Shown: positions 11,608-23,418 of the stretch, piece by piece
How the letters are laid out: each line of letters opens with the position of its first letter
How positions within the stretch are numbered: position 1 is the stretch's first letter
NCBI GenBank assembly: GCA_963813715.1
Contig: CAWFAK010000007.1
Span: 608,001 to 672,000, forward strand
Length of the DNA stretch: 64,000 nucleotides
Reading direction: 5' to 3'
Source of the DNA: an uncultured Planctomycetaceae bacterium
Lineage (GTDB): Bacteria; Planctomycetota; Planctomycetia; Planctomycetales; Planctomycetaceae
Made by a program: the position numbers and the translations under genes
Notes under the pieces: generated by a model
What the model was told of the DNA's origin: nothing
Database searches by the model: none
Seen by the model: only the letters and a program-made list of their open reading frames with translations

Positions 11608-12317
11608 CCGCCCAGAACGCTGTCTCGCGTCCGCAGCGGCCGTTCACCACGCTCTTCGTCGGTTTGATGGCCGTCACCCTCGTGCGTCCGGCGCTGGCCG
11701 CGACGCCCATGGGTCACGCGGCATTCGCGCTCGTGATGGTGTTTTTCTTCGGGTCCGCGATCTGGATCCTGTGCCAGAGCCGGCGGCAGTGGTGGCTGGC
11801 CCTCGGCTTCGGATCGTGCTGGATCCTCATGCGTCTGCCCACGTTTCTGATGGCCGACCCGGGCGTCACCATTGAGGTGATCGGACGCCTGGCCGAGATC
11901 GCCTTTTTGATGCTGACGGTGTCGCTGTTGGTGCGGGCCATTTTTCAGAAGCGGACGGCCACGCTCGACAACATTCTCGGCGCCTTCGCCGGCTACTTGC
12001 TGATTGGATTGATCTGGGGAATCGCCTTTTCCCTCGTCGTGCTGCTTGATCCGGGGGCACTCCGGATCGATCCCGCGCTACAACCCGAATGGGCTTCGCC
12101 CGAAAAACGCGATTGGGTGCTCACGTATTTCAGCTGCTGCACGCTAATGACGGTCGGCTACGGCGACATCACGCCCGTCCACCCGGCGGCCCGCACCCTC
12201 GCCGTGCTCGAAGCAATGACGGGCCAAATCTACCTGGCCGTGCTGGTGGCGGTGCTCGTCGGCATGAAGGTCGCGCACAGCCTCTTCTCACCTCCCGGCC
12301 ACGACGGCAAGAAGTGA
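11604..12317 (+). CDS. Potassium channel family protein (Ion_trans_2-type pore)
   Basis: Selectivity filter TVGYGD within TM helices; GTGA overlap with MIOX. Confidence 0.85.
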   Translation: MTAQNAVSRPQRPFTTLFVGLMAVTLVRPALAATPMGHAAFALVMVFFFGSAIWILCQSRRQWWLALGFGSCWILMRLPTFLMADPGVTIEVIGRLAEIAFLMLTVSLLVRAIFQKRTATLDNILGAFAGYLLIGLIWGIAFSLVVLLDPGALRIDPALQPEWASPEKRDWVLTYFSCCTLMTVGYGDITPVHPAARTLAVLEAMTGQIYLAVLVAVLVGMKVAHSLFSPPGHDGKK

Positions 12318-12330
12318 TCTCGCCCGGCCG

Positions 12331-13482
12331 TCACTTCGCCAGCAACTTGGCGATTTCCTCTTCATGTTGGGCGGCGTCGCGTTCGCCCAGCTTCAAAAGC
12401 TCCTCGATGTAATCCCGGTGGAACAGGATCGTGCTGATGAGATCCTGCTCCTCGGCCTCTTGAGTGCCGAAGCGGCGCATGAAGTAGCGGATGGCCCGCG
12501 GCAGTCGTTCCTCGAACTCGCTGGCCAGGGCCCCGATGTCGTTGGACGGGCGGATCACGACCGTGTGCACCTCGCGGAGCCCTTGCCGATCCTGCGGCTG
12601 CAGTTTGGTCAAGAGCCGGTTGATCCGCTCGATCTGCTCGGCGTCCTGGTCGAGCTGGTCGAGGAAGACCGCGTCGTAAAGCGCACCCAGCACCACGGCC
12701 GGCGAAGGAGGCCCCGTTCCTTTCTTGCACAGCCGGCAAAACGGGGGCATCTCGTAATGGGTGGAAATCACCAGCATGCGATCGGCCCCCAGGTGCACGG
12801 CCGGCGACAGGGGGGCGACCAGCCGGATGCCGCCGTCACCGTACCACTCGTTGCCGATCGACACCGGCGAGAAGAGCAGCGGCAACGCGGCGGAGGCCAT
12901 GATGTGCTCGACCGTCATCGCGATATTGAGCCCCTTCCGCAGCGGCCGCTCCCAGTTTTCGATCGCCTTGCCTTCGACGAAGGTGATCGTTTCGCCTGTG
13001 TCGTAATTGAGGGCGGTGAGTGCGACGGCCGACAGCTCGCCCGCGGCGATATTCCGCGCGATGCCCGGCAGCGGTCCGTCGCCACTACCCAGGTTGCGCC
13101 GCAAGAACTCGCGGAGGGGCCGCGTGTCGACCATGCTGTGCGCGCGGGCGACGCCGGGGGGCAATCCCACGGACAAGCGCAGGCCGATCCGCATCACCCG
13201 CCAGACGACGGCCACGGTGTCGACGCGAAACACGTCGTCGAAATCGAGCCGCCGCCACAGCCCCATCAAGTCTTCGATCTTGTGCGACCAGGCGCCGACG
13301 TGATTGGCCAAATGGGCGACGTTGATCGCGCCGGCCGAAACACCGGTCAACAGCGGGGCGCGAAAGTGCGGAAACCGCGCGGCAATCCCCCGCAGCACGC
13401 CGACCTGGTACGCGGCCCGCGCGCCGCCTCCGCCCAAAACCAGCGCGAGCTGCGGCTCCGGTGCGAGGGAGGCACTCGCCAC
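12331..13482 (-). CDS. Patatin-like phospholipase
   Basis: GGGGARAAY, GVSAG nucleophile motif, DGG. Confidence 0.9.
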   Translation of the reverse strand: MASASLAPEPQLALVLGGGGARAAYQVGVLRGIAARFPHFRAPLLTGVSAGAINVAHLANHVGAWSHKIEDLMGLWRRLDFDDVFRVDTVAVVWRVMRIGLRLSVGLPPGVARAHSMVDTRPLREFLRRNLGSGDGPLPGIARNIAAGELSAVALTALNYDTGETITFVEGKAIENWERPLRKGLNIAMTVEHIMASAALPLLFSPVSIGNEWYGDGGIRLVAPLSPAVHLGADRMLVISTHYEMPPFCRLCKKGTGPPSPAVVLGALYDAVFLDQLDQDAEQIERINRLLTKLQPQDRQGLREVHTVVIRPSNDIGALASEFEERLPRAIRYFMRRFGTQEAEEQDLISTILFHRDYIEELLKLGERDAAQHEEEIAKLLAK

Positions 13483-13605
13483 TACGTGATCTTTCGCATG
13501 GAGGCGGCATCCATCGGGCGGTAAAGTCTTATCGTCGGCGAGCGGCGATCGCGGTCTGCGAAATCGCTGGCCGCCGGTTGCCGCATACTATAGGAATCTG
13601 CACGC

Positions 13606-14040
13606 ATGCCGAGAACCATCATCCAGGCCGCCTCCCTGCCGGCGCCGCCCGAGCGCCTCTGGGCGATGTACTTGAGCGTCGACGAGCATGCGGCCTTTAC
13701 CGGTTTTCCGGTGACGATCGCCCCGCGGGCCGGCGCCGAATTTCGTGCCTTTAACGGAGCGATTTGGGGCAGTATTCTCGACGTGGTCGTGAATCGGCTC
13801 GTCGTGCAGCAGTGGCGGTCGAAGAATTTTCCGCAGAACGCGCTCGATTCGACGCTCGTGCTTTCGTTCTGGCCCGAGGGAGCCGGCGGCCGCATCGAGC
13901 TGGTCCACGCGAACGTGCCCGAAGAGGATTTTGCCGGCGTCAGCGAGGGCTGGTCGAAGTTTTATTGGAACCCGTGGCGCGCGTACCTCGATCGCACCTC
14001 TGAGTCGGCTGCGATTGCGGCAGGCGGTTCGCCGGCCTAG
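13606..14040 (+). CDS. SRPBCC/AHSA1 domain protein
   Basis: APPERLW...LVVQQWRS...IELVHANVP...GWSKFYWNPW pattern. Confidence 0.85.
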   Translation: MPRTIIQAASLPAPPERLWAMYLSVDEHAAFTGFPVTIAPRAGAEFRAFNGAIWGSILDVVVNRLVVQQWRSKNFPQNALDSTLVLSFWPEGAGGRIELVHANVPEEDFAGVSEGWSKFYWNPWRAYLDRTSESAAIAAGGSPA

Positions 14041-14098
14041 GATCGTACCCCCTCGGCTATTAGGGATGATTAGGATTCTTGGGGTTGAAATCATCGGT

Positions 14099-14476
14099 AT
14101 GAAATTGATTTCGCAGGTCTTTCAAACACGGCGGCAGCACGATCTGAGCGGCTTTTTGGTCTACATCCTGGCGGACGGTCCGGCCGACGGCAGCACGCCC
14201 GTCGCCTGCGTCGCGTTCGATGCGGAGGCCAACGTGCTGCGCCCGGCCCTGTTGGTGGCCAATGCCGACGTGGGCGACTATGAATTAACGGTGCTGCTCG
14301 ACGTCTTTGGCTCGCTGCGGACGACCGATTTCGACCAGACGGGAGTGATCGGCGGCATCCGTTGCGTGCTCGAGCGTTACGAACGAAAGTTCCTGCAAGT
14401 GACCGGTGCGCCTGACCCGGCTGTGTTTCGCTCCGGCGAGCACACGAAGTCGATGCACTTCGGCCGGCTGGATTGA
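14099..14476 (+). CDS. Hypothetical protein (125 aa)
   Basis: Protein-like composition; fills the gap between co-oriented genes; no family recognised. Confidence 0.55.
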   Translation: MKLISQVFQTRRQHDLSGFLVYILADGPADGSTPVACVAFDAEANVLRPALLVANADVGDYELTVLLDVFGSLRTTDFDQTGVIGGIRCVLERYERKFLQVTGAPDPAVFRSGEHTKSMHFGRLD

Positions 14477-14525
14477 ATCCGTCGCCTGACGCAGAGTTAC
14501 CTGCATCCGAGGAAGATGGCACGCC

Positions 14526-16704
14526 ATGAGAAACACGCTGATTCTGGCCGCTTGTACCGCCCTGGCATTCTCCGCGGAACTGCCGACGACGCCCAAACGC
14601 CCGGTCGTCGACACGTATCATGGCGTCAAAGTGACGGACGATTACCGTTGGCTGCAAGACTGGCACGATCCGCAAGTGCGCGAATGGAGCGACGCCGAAA
14701 ACGCCTTCGCCCGCCAGTATCTCGATCACCTGGGCGACGTCCCGGCGTTGCGCCGCCGCGTGACGCAGATCATGGAAGCCAAGACGATCAGCTATGGCGG
14801 CGTGGTTTATCGCAAGGGAAAGCTATTCGCGCTCAAGCGCGAGCCGCCCAAGCAACAGCCAATGTTGATCGTACTGCCCTCGGCGAGCGCCGTCGACCAG
14901 GCTCGCGTGCTCGTCGACCCGAACACGATGGATGCCAAAGGGGGCACGATCATCGACTGGTTCATGCCGTCGGCCGACGGCGGACTGGTGGCCGTGTCGC
15001 TTTCGCACGGCGGCACCGAATCGGGCGACGTGCATCTCTTTGACGTCGCAACTGGTAAGCCGACCGGCGAAGTCGTCCCCCGCGTCAACTCGGGGACGGC
15101 CGGCGGCGACCTGGCCTGGAACCGCGAAGGCAGTGGATTCTTCTACACGCGGCATCCGCACGCCGGAGAACGGCCGGCAGCCGACCTCGATTTCTACCAG
15201 CAGGTCTATTTCCACAAGCTGGGGACGCCGACGGCCACCGACCAGTACGAATTGGGCCAGGGTTTTCCCCGCGTGGCCGAATCGCAGATCGAAGTCGACG
15301 AGCGCACGGGCTACGCGCTGGTCGACGACGCAGTTCGGCGACGGCGGCGAGTTCGAGCATTTCCTGCGGCCGCCTGGGGGTGAGTGGAAAGAGATCACGC
15401 ACTTCAAGGACGGGATTGTCCAGATTGTCTTTGGGCCCAGCGACCGGCTCTATCTGGTGTCGCGCAAGGGGGCGCCCCGCGGCCGCATCGAAAGCATCTC
15501 GCTCGCCGACCCGGACATCAGCCATGCGCAGGTGGTCGTGCCGGAAGGCCCCGACGCGATCGTCACCGGCTTTTCGTACGGGCGGGCGAAGATCCTGCCG
15601 ACGGCCGATCGGCTCTACGTCGAATACCAGTTGGGCGGGCCATCCGAACTGCGGGTCTTCGATCTCGACGGCCATCCCCTGCCCGCCCCGCGGCAGCTGC
15701 CGATCTCGTCGATCTACGAAGTCGTAAAGCTCGAGGGCAACGACGTCCTCTTCGGCAATACATCCTACGTCGCTCCGCCCGCGTTCTATCACCTGCACTC
15801 AGCCGAAAATCGCGTGGAAAAAACGGCGCTGGCGACGGTCTCGCCCGTCGATTTCAGCGACATCGAAGTGACCCGCGAATTTACGACATCCAAGGACGGC
15901 ACCAAGATTCCCGTCAATATTCTTTGCCCCAAGGGGACCAAGCGCGACGGCAAGAACCCGGCGATCGTTTGGGGCTACGGCGGCTTCGCCATCAGCATGA
16001 CGCCCGCCTTCAATGCCGTGCGTCACGTGCTGTTCGAGCACGGTTTTGTGTACGCCATCGCCAACATTCGCGGCGGCGCGGAATTCGGCGAGGCCTGGCA
16101 CCTGGCCGGCAACCTCACGCACAAGCAAAACGTCTTCGACGATTTTGCCGCGGCCATCGAACACGTGATCGCCCGGCACTACACGTCGCCCGCCCACCTG
16201 GCGATCGAGGGAGGCAGCAACGGCGGCCTGTTGATGGGGGCCACGCTGACGCAGCACCCGGATCTGATGCGGTGCGTCGTCTCGCACGTCGGCATCTACG
16301 ACATGCTCCGCACCGAATTCTCGCCGAACGGGGCCTTCAACATCACGGAATACGGCACCGTCAACAATCCCGAGCAGTTCAAGGCCCTCTACGCCTATTC
16401 GCCCTACCATCACGTGAAAGACGGCACGCGTTACCCGGCCTGCCTGTTCCTGACCGGCGCCAACGACCCCCGCGTCGACGCGATGCAGTCGCGCAAGTTC
16501 GTCGCCCGCTTGCAGGCGGCCAACGCCTCGGGCGAGCCGATTCTGCTCCGCACGAGCGCCGACACGGGCCACGGCCTCGACTCGCCCCTCTCGGCGCGAG
16601 TCGCAGAAACGGTCGACGTCGACGCGTTCATCTTCCACCAACTTGGCGTGAGCGCCGGTAGCCCTTCTCACGAACCGTCAACTGGCGGAGTCAGCGGATC
16701 CTGA
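14526..16704 (+). CDS. Secreted prolyl oligopeptidase, S9A (frameshift near 15325)
   Basis: Signal peptide, DDYRWL, GYGGF, NIRGGAEFG, GGSNGG, DPRV, GHG. Confidence 0.92.
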
Positions 16705-16729
16705 ACTGGGACGGGCGGTCGAGCCTCTC

Positions 16730-18259
16730 TCACGTCGCTGCGAGCGCCGGCGGGTGCCGTTTGGTCCAAGGCCGCGCCTGTTCCAGTTGGGCGGCCAGGC
16801 GCAACAGGGTCGCTTCGTCGGTGTAACGGCCGAAGAAGTGGCTGCCGATTGGTAGGCCGTCGGCGTTCCAGTAGAGCGGGACCGACATCGCGGGTTGGCC
16901 GGTGGCGTTCGCCAGCGGCGTGAACGGCACGTAGGCGTTGAGCCAGGGAATGAGCTTGTCGATCGGCCAGGTCTGGTCGAGCTCGCCGATTTTGACCGGC
17001 GGCCGTCCGAGCGTGGGCGTCAGAAACAGGTCGTACTTCGTCAGGAATTTCACCATCGCCAGGTTGGCCTGCTGGGCGATGCCGGTCCAGACCATGCTCA
17101 CGTCCGACGGATCAGACTTGGCGTCCATCTCGACGAGTTTTTGCGTCCACGGCTCGAATGCCGCGGCCGTGATCTTGCCGCCGGAAAGTTTTTTGGCCGT
17201 CTTCACGGCCCGTCCGGCAACCGCCGCCCATAAGACGAGAAACGACTCACCGAACAGGCGGCCGTCGAATTGCGGTGAGGCTTCTTCGACCGCGTGCCCC
17301 AGCTCCTCGCACAGTTTGGCGGTCGAGGTCACGGCCTGGGCACAATCGGCATGCACCGGGTTGCCGGCCAAATCCTTGGTCGCGAAGGCAATTCGCAAGC
17401 GACCGGGCGGCACTCCGACCTCTTCGACATAGGGCCGCTTGGGAGGCGGTGCGTACCAACGCTCGCCGACCGTCGGTCCACGGGTGGCATCGAGCAAGGC
17501 CGCGCTGTCGCGGACCGAGCGGGCGACGCAGTGCAGCACGGAGAGTCCGTCGTCCTTGACGCCCGGCGCCTCGGGGTTGCGGCCGCGGCTGAGCTTGAGA
17601 CCGAACAGTCCGCAGCACGACGACGGAATGCGAATCGAGCCGCCGCCATCGCTGGCCGTCGCGATCGGCACCAGTCCGGCCGCCACAGCCGCCGCGGCGC
17701 CGCCGCTGGAGCCGCCGGGCGAGTGAGCCGGGTTCCACGGGTTGTGCGTGGGGCCGAAACCGCGCGGCTCGGTGACGGGGAGCAGCCCGAACTCGGGCGT
17801 GTTCGACTTGCCGACCATGATCAGTCCGGCCCGCTCCATCCGCAGGATGACTTCGGATGTGTAAGTGGCCACGTTCGCTTTGAATGGGGCCGAGCCGAAC
17901 GTTTGCCGCACGCCCGCCACCGGTTCGAGATCCTTCACGAGATAGGGGACGCCGGCGAACGGCCCGGAGCCGAGCGGCTGCGCGGCCTTTTTTCTCGCCT
18001 GCTCGAACGTCCGCGTGATGATCGAGTTGAGGGCCGGATCGTATTTTTCGATCCGCGCGATGGCCGCATTGACCAGCTCGAGCGGTGTGATTTGCTTCTT
18101 GCGGACGAGCTCGGCTTGTCCGAGCGCATCGAGAGCGGCCAGCTCGTCGGACGTGGGCGTCGGCTGCGGCTCCGGGACCATCGCCGCGGCGGGCAACGCG
18201 TGGGCGGCCGCCAGCGTTGCGGCGGCTTGGAGAAAGTTTCGGCGATTCAAAGGAGGCAT
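16730..18259 (-). CDS. Amidase signature family enzyme with Tat signal
   Basis: [25 protein letters not shown]. Confidence 0.92.
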   Translation of the reverse strand: MPPLNRRNFLQAAATLAAAHALPAAAMVPEPQPTPTSDELAALDALGQAELVRKKQITPLELVNAAIARIEKYDPALNSIITRTFEQARKKAAQPLGSGPFAGVPYLVKDLEPVAGVRQTFGSAPFKANVATYTSEVILRMERAGLIMVGKSNTPEFGLLPVTEPRGFGPTHNPWNPAHSPGGSSGGAAAAVAAGLVPIATASDGGGSIRIPSSCCGLFGLKLSRGRNPEAPGVKDDGLSVLHCVARSVRDSAALLDATRGPTVGERWYAPPPKRPYVEEVGVPPGRLRIAFATKDLAGNPVHADCAQAVTSTAKLCEELGHAVEEASPQFDGRLFGESFLVLWAAVAGRAVKTAKKLSGGKITAAAFEPWTQKLVEMDAKSDPSDVSMVWTGIAQQANLAMVKFLTKYDLFLTPTLGRPPVKIGELDQTWPIDKLIPWLNAYVPFTPLANATGQPAMSVPLYWNADGLPIGSHFFGRYTDEATLLRLAAQLEQARPWTKRHPPALAAT

Positions 18260-18278
18260 GGCTTGTCCTCGGTGCGGG

Positions 18279-19972
18279 TCAACTACGGAGCGCGGTGCGC
18301 GTCGGCTCCAGGTCGTTCTCCGGCTGGAGTTCCAGGGAATCGACGTCGTTCATCGCGGCTCCCGGAAGCAGCGAGCTTTGATGGTCGTGCCACCAGCGGG
18401 CCGCGTCGTGTTTGGTCCATTGGCCGGCCACGGAACAGGCAGCCAGAGCGTCCGCCAGCTCGGCCGCGCTGACAAAGCGTTCCTCGGGATCCTTCGACAG
18501 GCATTTGAGCAAAATGGCTTCGACGTCGGCCGGCAGTTCGGGCACGATTTGCGACGGCGGCCGCACGGCATCCCGGGCGTGCGAGACCAGGATTTCGAGC
18601 GGATTTTCCGCGACGAACGGCGGGTGTCCGACCACCAGAAAGTAGCCAACCGCACCAAGCGAGTAAATGTCCCCGCGGACGTCGGCCGCCCGCTCGTTGA
18701 GCGATTGTTCCGGCGACATGTAGAGGGGCGAGCCAACGATGGCGTCTGCCCGCGAAAGTTCGGGCTGATTGCTCCGCAGCACGCCTTTGACCAGTCCGAA
18801 GTCGAGCAGCTTGATGAAGTCGTATTCGCCGCCCCGGCGGGCCGCGTAAATGTTGCTGGGCTTGATATCGCGGTGCATGAGCCCGGCCCGGTGGGCCTCT
18901 TCTAGCGCGTCGCAAACTTGCCGCAGCAAGTAGACGGCCCGCGCCGCCGGCAGTCGACCGTGCTTGTGCACCAGGTCGTCCAGCGTCAGGCCCCAGAGCA
19001 ACTCCATCACGTAGTAAAAGGTGCCGTCGCTGGCGCGGCCGTAGTCGTAAATATCGACCGTGTGGGGGTGAGACAGCTCGGCCGTCGCGCGGACCTCTCG
19101 CTCGAAACGCGCCAGCGTCACCGGATCGGTGTCGTGTCCGGGCCGAATCCGCTTGAGCGCGCAGGGCCGCTTGAGCAGCGTGTGTTCGGCCAGATAGACC
19201 TCGCCCATTCCGCCGCGGCCGATTAGTTGCTTGAGACGGTACTGGCCGAAGCGTCGCGCCCGGGCCGCCTCCCGCGTCAGCCGTTCGATGCGGAAGCTCC
19301 AATAAAACAGGGCGGCCGCGCACAGGGCTGACGTGAGCACAATCATCGTCAGCATTCCTGGGTTCACCACATTGCGATAAATCGCGGACCACATCGATTC
19401 GTAGATGGCCATCGCGGTCGGGGCGCCCAACATCAATGTCACCATGGCCAGCGATCGACGCCGGGAGCCCATGGCAATCATCGAGTAGGCGACGGCCAGC
19501 ACGCAGCACCACGTGACGCTGATCATCACGCTGAACACAATCCAACCCGCCTCAGGCGGATTGAGGGCAGACGTTGCGGAGGATCGAGAAGTGCATGAGC
19601 GCGCAGAAAAAGTAGACCGCGCCGCCGAACATCAGGACTTCAATGATTTCGAGGCGACTGCTGCGTCGGGGGCCGCCAAACGGCCAGCAGGGCCAGGCAG
19701 ACCGCCTGATCGAAGAAGATGAACGCCCACAGCTCCCACAGCCGCGTGTATCGCCCATCGAGGATCGCGCCGCGCAAATAGAAGAGCACGAAGCCGCAGA
19801 GCAGACACCAGCCGAGGATTTGCACCCGCTGCCAGGCCGCCAGCAGTGTCTCGTCGATCCGGCCCCGTTCACCCGACTCGATCAGCGCAACCTTGTCCCG
19901 CAAGCTCGACGGGCTGGGAGTCGACGGCGTCGAGTACTGTTGGGTCTGTGCAAGCTGATCGAACTGCGGCAT
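18279..19972 (-). CDS. Membrane-anchored Hanks-type Ser/Thr protein kinase (frameshift near 19550)
   Basis: IGRGGMGEVY, ALK, HRDIKPSN, DFGLVK, GSPLYMSPE; N-terminal TM helices continue in the 19552-19972 frame. Confidence 0.9.
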
Positions 19973-20170
19973 CAATCGGGCCCGTCGTTGCGCACAGAGA
20001 AGGGCGACGCCGCTGCGGTCACACGGCAGTCGGCGTTTCGTATGATAACCGTGCGTCGCGAGCGATTCGAGAAGCGGGTTAAGCTCTGAACCGTGTCTTT
20101 TCGGCCTTTCCCGGCCTGGCGGGAGAGAATCGGGAAGACCGCTGTTCCTTAAAAGAGTGAAAGCGACCAG

Positions 20171-21268
20171 ATGCCGAACAAAGTGAGGATTGCGATTATC
20201 GGGGCCGGTGCGGTCTCGGATTATCACCATGTGCCGGGAATCCGCCTCGATCCGCGAGCCGAACTGGCCGCCGTTTGCGATCCCAACAAAGACCTGCTGG
20301 AACAGCGCGAGGTGCAGTGGGGCCCGATCAAAACGGCCACCGATTACCGCGCCGTCGCCGCCGATCCCGACATCGACGCGGCCATCATCGCTACGCCCAA
20401 CGACACGCATAAGCCGATCGCGCTAGCCTGCATCGCGGCGGGCAAGCACGTGATGTGCGAGAAGCCGCTCGGCCTCAACTATGCCGAGTCCCGCGAGATG
20501 TACGAAGCGGCCCGCGCCAAGAACGTGCGGCATATGACGGCTTTCACGTACCGCTTCGCGCCGTCGATGCGCTACCTGAAGTACCTGGTCACCTCCGGGG
20601 CGCTCGGCACGCCGCGACACTTTCGCAGCCAGCGGTTTCTCGACCTGCCCGAGACGAGTTGGGGCTGGCGGCAGATCAAGAAGCATGCGGGAGCCGGCGA
20701 CCTGTTCGACATGACGATCCACCGCATCGACTTCGCCCAGGACTTGTTGGGGCCGATCGAGGCAGTCTGCGGAGCCGTGGCCCGCTTCGCCCCTCGCGAC
20801 CGCACGGCGACCGGCGCCCCCTGCCCTCCCTCCGAGGTTGACGACTGGTCGGCCCTGATCGCCCGGTTCAATAACGGCTCGGTCGGCGTGTGGGAGGGAA
20901 GCACCCTGATGAAGGGGCACCACAACAACGGCTTCGGCTGGGAGTGGGCCGAGGTCAATGGCAGCGAAGGTTCCGCCGTCTATCGCCTCACCGAGCCCAA
21001 CACGATCCTGGTCGGCAAGCACGGCGAATCGATGCAGCCCGAGCCCGTGCCCGCCCAATTCCTCGTCGCCCAAGGCAGCCCCCGCGACCCGAACCAAGGC
21101 GTGCCGAGCACTGTCTTCCGCTACGACCTGGTGTGGGAGTTCGTCTCAGCGATCGTCGAGCGCCGCGACGCAGTGCCGGGTTTCGATGCTGGAGCGTCGG
21201 CCCAGCTGGTGGCTGACAAGGTGCTGGAGTCGTACGACAAGCAGCGGTGGATGGCGATTGAAGCGTAA
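20171..21268 (+). CDS. Gfo/Idh/MocA family oxidoreductase
   Basis: IIGAGAV, IATPNDTH, GKHVMCEKP, GDLFDMTIH. Confidence 0.9.
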   Translation: MPNKVRIAIIGAGAVSDYHHVPGIRLDPRAELAAVCDPNKDLLEQREVQWGPIKTATDYRAVAADPDIDAAIIATPNDTHKPIALACIAAGKHVMCEKPLGLNYAESREMYEAARAKNVRHMTAFTYRFAPSMRYLKYLVTSGALGTPRHFRSQRFLDLPETSWGWRQIKKHAGAGDLFDMTIHRIDFAQDLLGPIEAVCGAVARFAPRDRTATGAPCPPSEVDDWSALIARFNNGSVGVWEGSTLMKGHHNNGFGWEWAEVNGSEGSAVYRLTEPNTILVGKHGESMQPEPVPAQFLVAQGSPRDPNQGVPSTVFRYDLVWEFVSAIVERRDAVPGFDAGASAQLVADKVLESYDKQRWMAIEA

Positions 21269-21288
21269 GCATCTGACAAAGCGAAGAA

Positions 21289-21648
21289 ATGAAAAAAGGC
21301 CAGAAACTCGACTTGAAGTCTCTCCTGGAAAGTCCCGGACGACCCGACGGGCGCAGGTTTTCGCCGGTCGTTCGCGCCAACGCAAAGTTCTACGGACTCG
21401 GCCGTGGCATTTGTGTCGATGTCCGATTCAAGGATGTCGCACAGTTGGATGCGCTCATCGCGGCACTTGTCGAGCTTCGTGCATTTCCGAAGGACGGTTT
21501 CGATCACGTACACCTGCAGGACTCGAAGGTGCGCGATTTCGCATCTGCAGAGGTCACATTTTGGCATCCGTCCGTCAAGCGGGACGTCGCCGACAAATCT
21601 TGCGTGCGAGGGGCGAGAAAAACGATCGAGTCTCTGCCGCTGAGCTGA
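21289..21648 (+). CDS. Hypothetical protein (119 aa)
   Basis: ATG-started ORF 20 nt after the previous stop; no family recognised. Confidence 0.5.
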   Translation: MKKGQKLDLKSLLESPGRPDGRRFSPVVRANAKFYGLGRGICVDVRFKDVAQLDALIAALVELRAFPKDGFDHVHLQDSKVRDFASAEVTFWHPSVKRDVADKSCVRGARKTIESLPLS

Positions 21649-21690
21649 GTCGGCGGTGGCACCTCGCGAATGCTGGAGTTGAACCGATCG

Positions 21691-21787
21691 GGTGGCACTG
21701 GCGACTGGTCCAGACTGGTCCAGACTGGTCCGCCTGTGTCTTCGCGGGTCGTCAAAAACCACTGGCGGACAAGCCGCCAGTGCCACC
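21691..21787. repeat. REPIN/MITE-like element with 13-bp terminal inverted repeats and an internal 10-bp tandem triplication
   Basis: GGTGGCACTGGCG ... CGCCAGTGCCACC; GACTGGTCCA x2 + GACTGGTCCG in the left arm. Confidence 0.75.
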
Positions 21788-21895
21788 CTTCCGCTGCGAT
21801 GGCGTGTTGCGGAAACGCACATTGACCAATCTGGCGACTCTGGGGACACTTTTGCCCTCGCGTTCTGCCCATGAGTCGTGTCCCCCGCGGTTCCG

Positions 21896-22871
21896 ATGCG
21901 CGATCTACGTCAACTCATCGATGTCGAGCGTCTACGGCACATCGCCGAATATGTGGCGTTTCGTGTCATCGTGTGTCTCGTCGACCTCTTGCCGTTTCGC
22001 ACGTCGATCCGTTTGGCCGAGGGAATGGCTTTCGTCATTCATCGCGTGCTGCCCAAAAAGCTGACGCGGTACGCCGTCGCGCGGGACAACATCCGCCAGG
22101 CTTTCGGCAACCGCTATCAGCGAGCGGGAGATTGACGACATCATTCGGCGGATGTGGGTGCACCTGTTTCGGGTCGTCGTTGAGATTGTGCAGGTCCGCC
22201 GCAAGCTGCGTCTCTACAACTGTGCCGACGTCGTCGAGTTCAAGGGCCGCGATGAAACGGTGCGGTTGTTCTGCAGTGGGCGGCCGGTCATCATCCTCAG
22301 CGGCCACTTTGGCAACTGGGAGATCGCCAGCGGCACGTTCGGCATGTTTGGATTCCCGCTCGGCGTCGTCGCCCGCGATCTCGACAATCCGTACCTGCAT
22401 CGCTGGTTCGAGACCTTCCGCCGCCAAACGGGGCATAAGCTGATCTCGAAGCGCGGCGGCGGCTCCGACATGCTCGATATGCTCGAGCACCGCGGGCATT
22501 TGGCTCTCATGGGTGACCAGGACGCTGGCTCGACCGGGCTGTTCGTTGATTTCTTCGGCAAGCCGGCGTCGACTTTCAAGTCGATCGCCCTCTTGGCACT
22601 CGAATATCGGGCCTACGTCGTCGTCGGCTACGCGATTCGCTTGCCGGACGACTTCGACCAGCACCGTTGGGTCCGCTACGAAATCGGCTACGCCGACTTC
22701 ATCGACACGGCCGAATTCGACGGGCCGGACGCCGTCCGGCAGGTGACGCAGCGGTTCACCACGGCTCTGGAGCACGCCATCGCGCTCGCGCCCGAGCAAT
22801 ACTTCTGGGTGCACCGCCGCTGGAAGAGCGTGCCCAAGCAGCGGGTCCGACGACGACGAGCCGCCGCCTGA
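21896..22871 (+). CDS. Lipid A biosynthesis acyltransferase, LpxL/HtrB family (frameshift near 22125)
   Basis: SGHFGNWE, ARDLDNP, MGDQD, VDFFG, PEQYFWVHRRWK. Confidence 0.9.
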
Positions 22872-22978
22872 GAGGGGCTCGGGATCGTGCGAGCGCGGCA
22901 CTATAATTCTCTCTGCCTCAGCTTGGGATCTCGTCCCTTCGTTTGGTGAACGCCTCTAATTAACGACATTGGGCAAGC

Positions 22979-23302
22979 ATGGCGGAGTGGCATCGGTTGG
23001 CGGCGGTCGGGGAAGTTGCTTCCGGCTCAGCGCGCGAATTTACGGCCGGCGGACGAGTGATCGCGCTCTTTAACGTCGAGGGCACGTTCTACGCGCTGGA
23101 TGGAGTTTGTCCGCACGCCGGGGGGCCGTTGGGCGAAGGCAGCCTGGACGGGACCGTGGTGACGTGTCCGTGGCACGGCTGGCAGTTCGACGTGACCACC
23201 GGCCGCCACTGCCTCAACCCGCGAATCGAGCACACGAAATTCCCGCTCAAGATCGAGGGGACGGACATCTACGTCGAGCTTCCTGACTCGCCGACAGGCT
23301 GA
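22979..23302 (+). CDS. Rieske [2Fe-2S] ferredoxin
   Basis: CPHAGGPL and CPWHGWQFD. Confidence 0.92.
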   Translation: MAEWHRLAAVGEVASGSAREFTAGGRVIALFNVEGTFYALDGVCPHAGGPLGEGSLDGTVVTCPWHGWQFDVTTGRHCLNPRIEHTKFPLKIEGTDIYVELPDSPTG

Positions 23303-23306
23303 TGAT

Positions 23307-23418
23307 TCACCACAAAGGCACGAATGCACAAAGGGATTTCCACGAAGGAATTTCAAAGTAGACAGCCTCAATTCTGCTTCTTCGTCTCTTGCTTCGTGCC
23401 TTTGCGTCTTGGTGGTGA
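23307..23418. repeat. Intergenic inverted-repeat element
   Basis: CAAAGGCACGAA (23313-23324) / TTCGTGCCTTTG (23393-23404), plus TCACCAC / GTGGTGA ends. Confidence 0.6.

Noticed and set aside
21703..21732. Mini CRISPR array
   Set aside because: 10-bp tandem units with no spacers and no cas genes; no CRISPR array seen anywhere in the window
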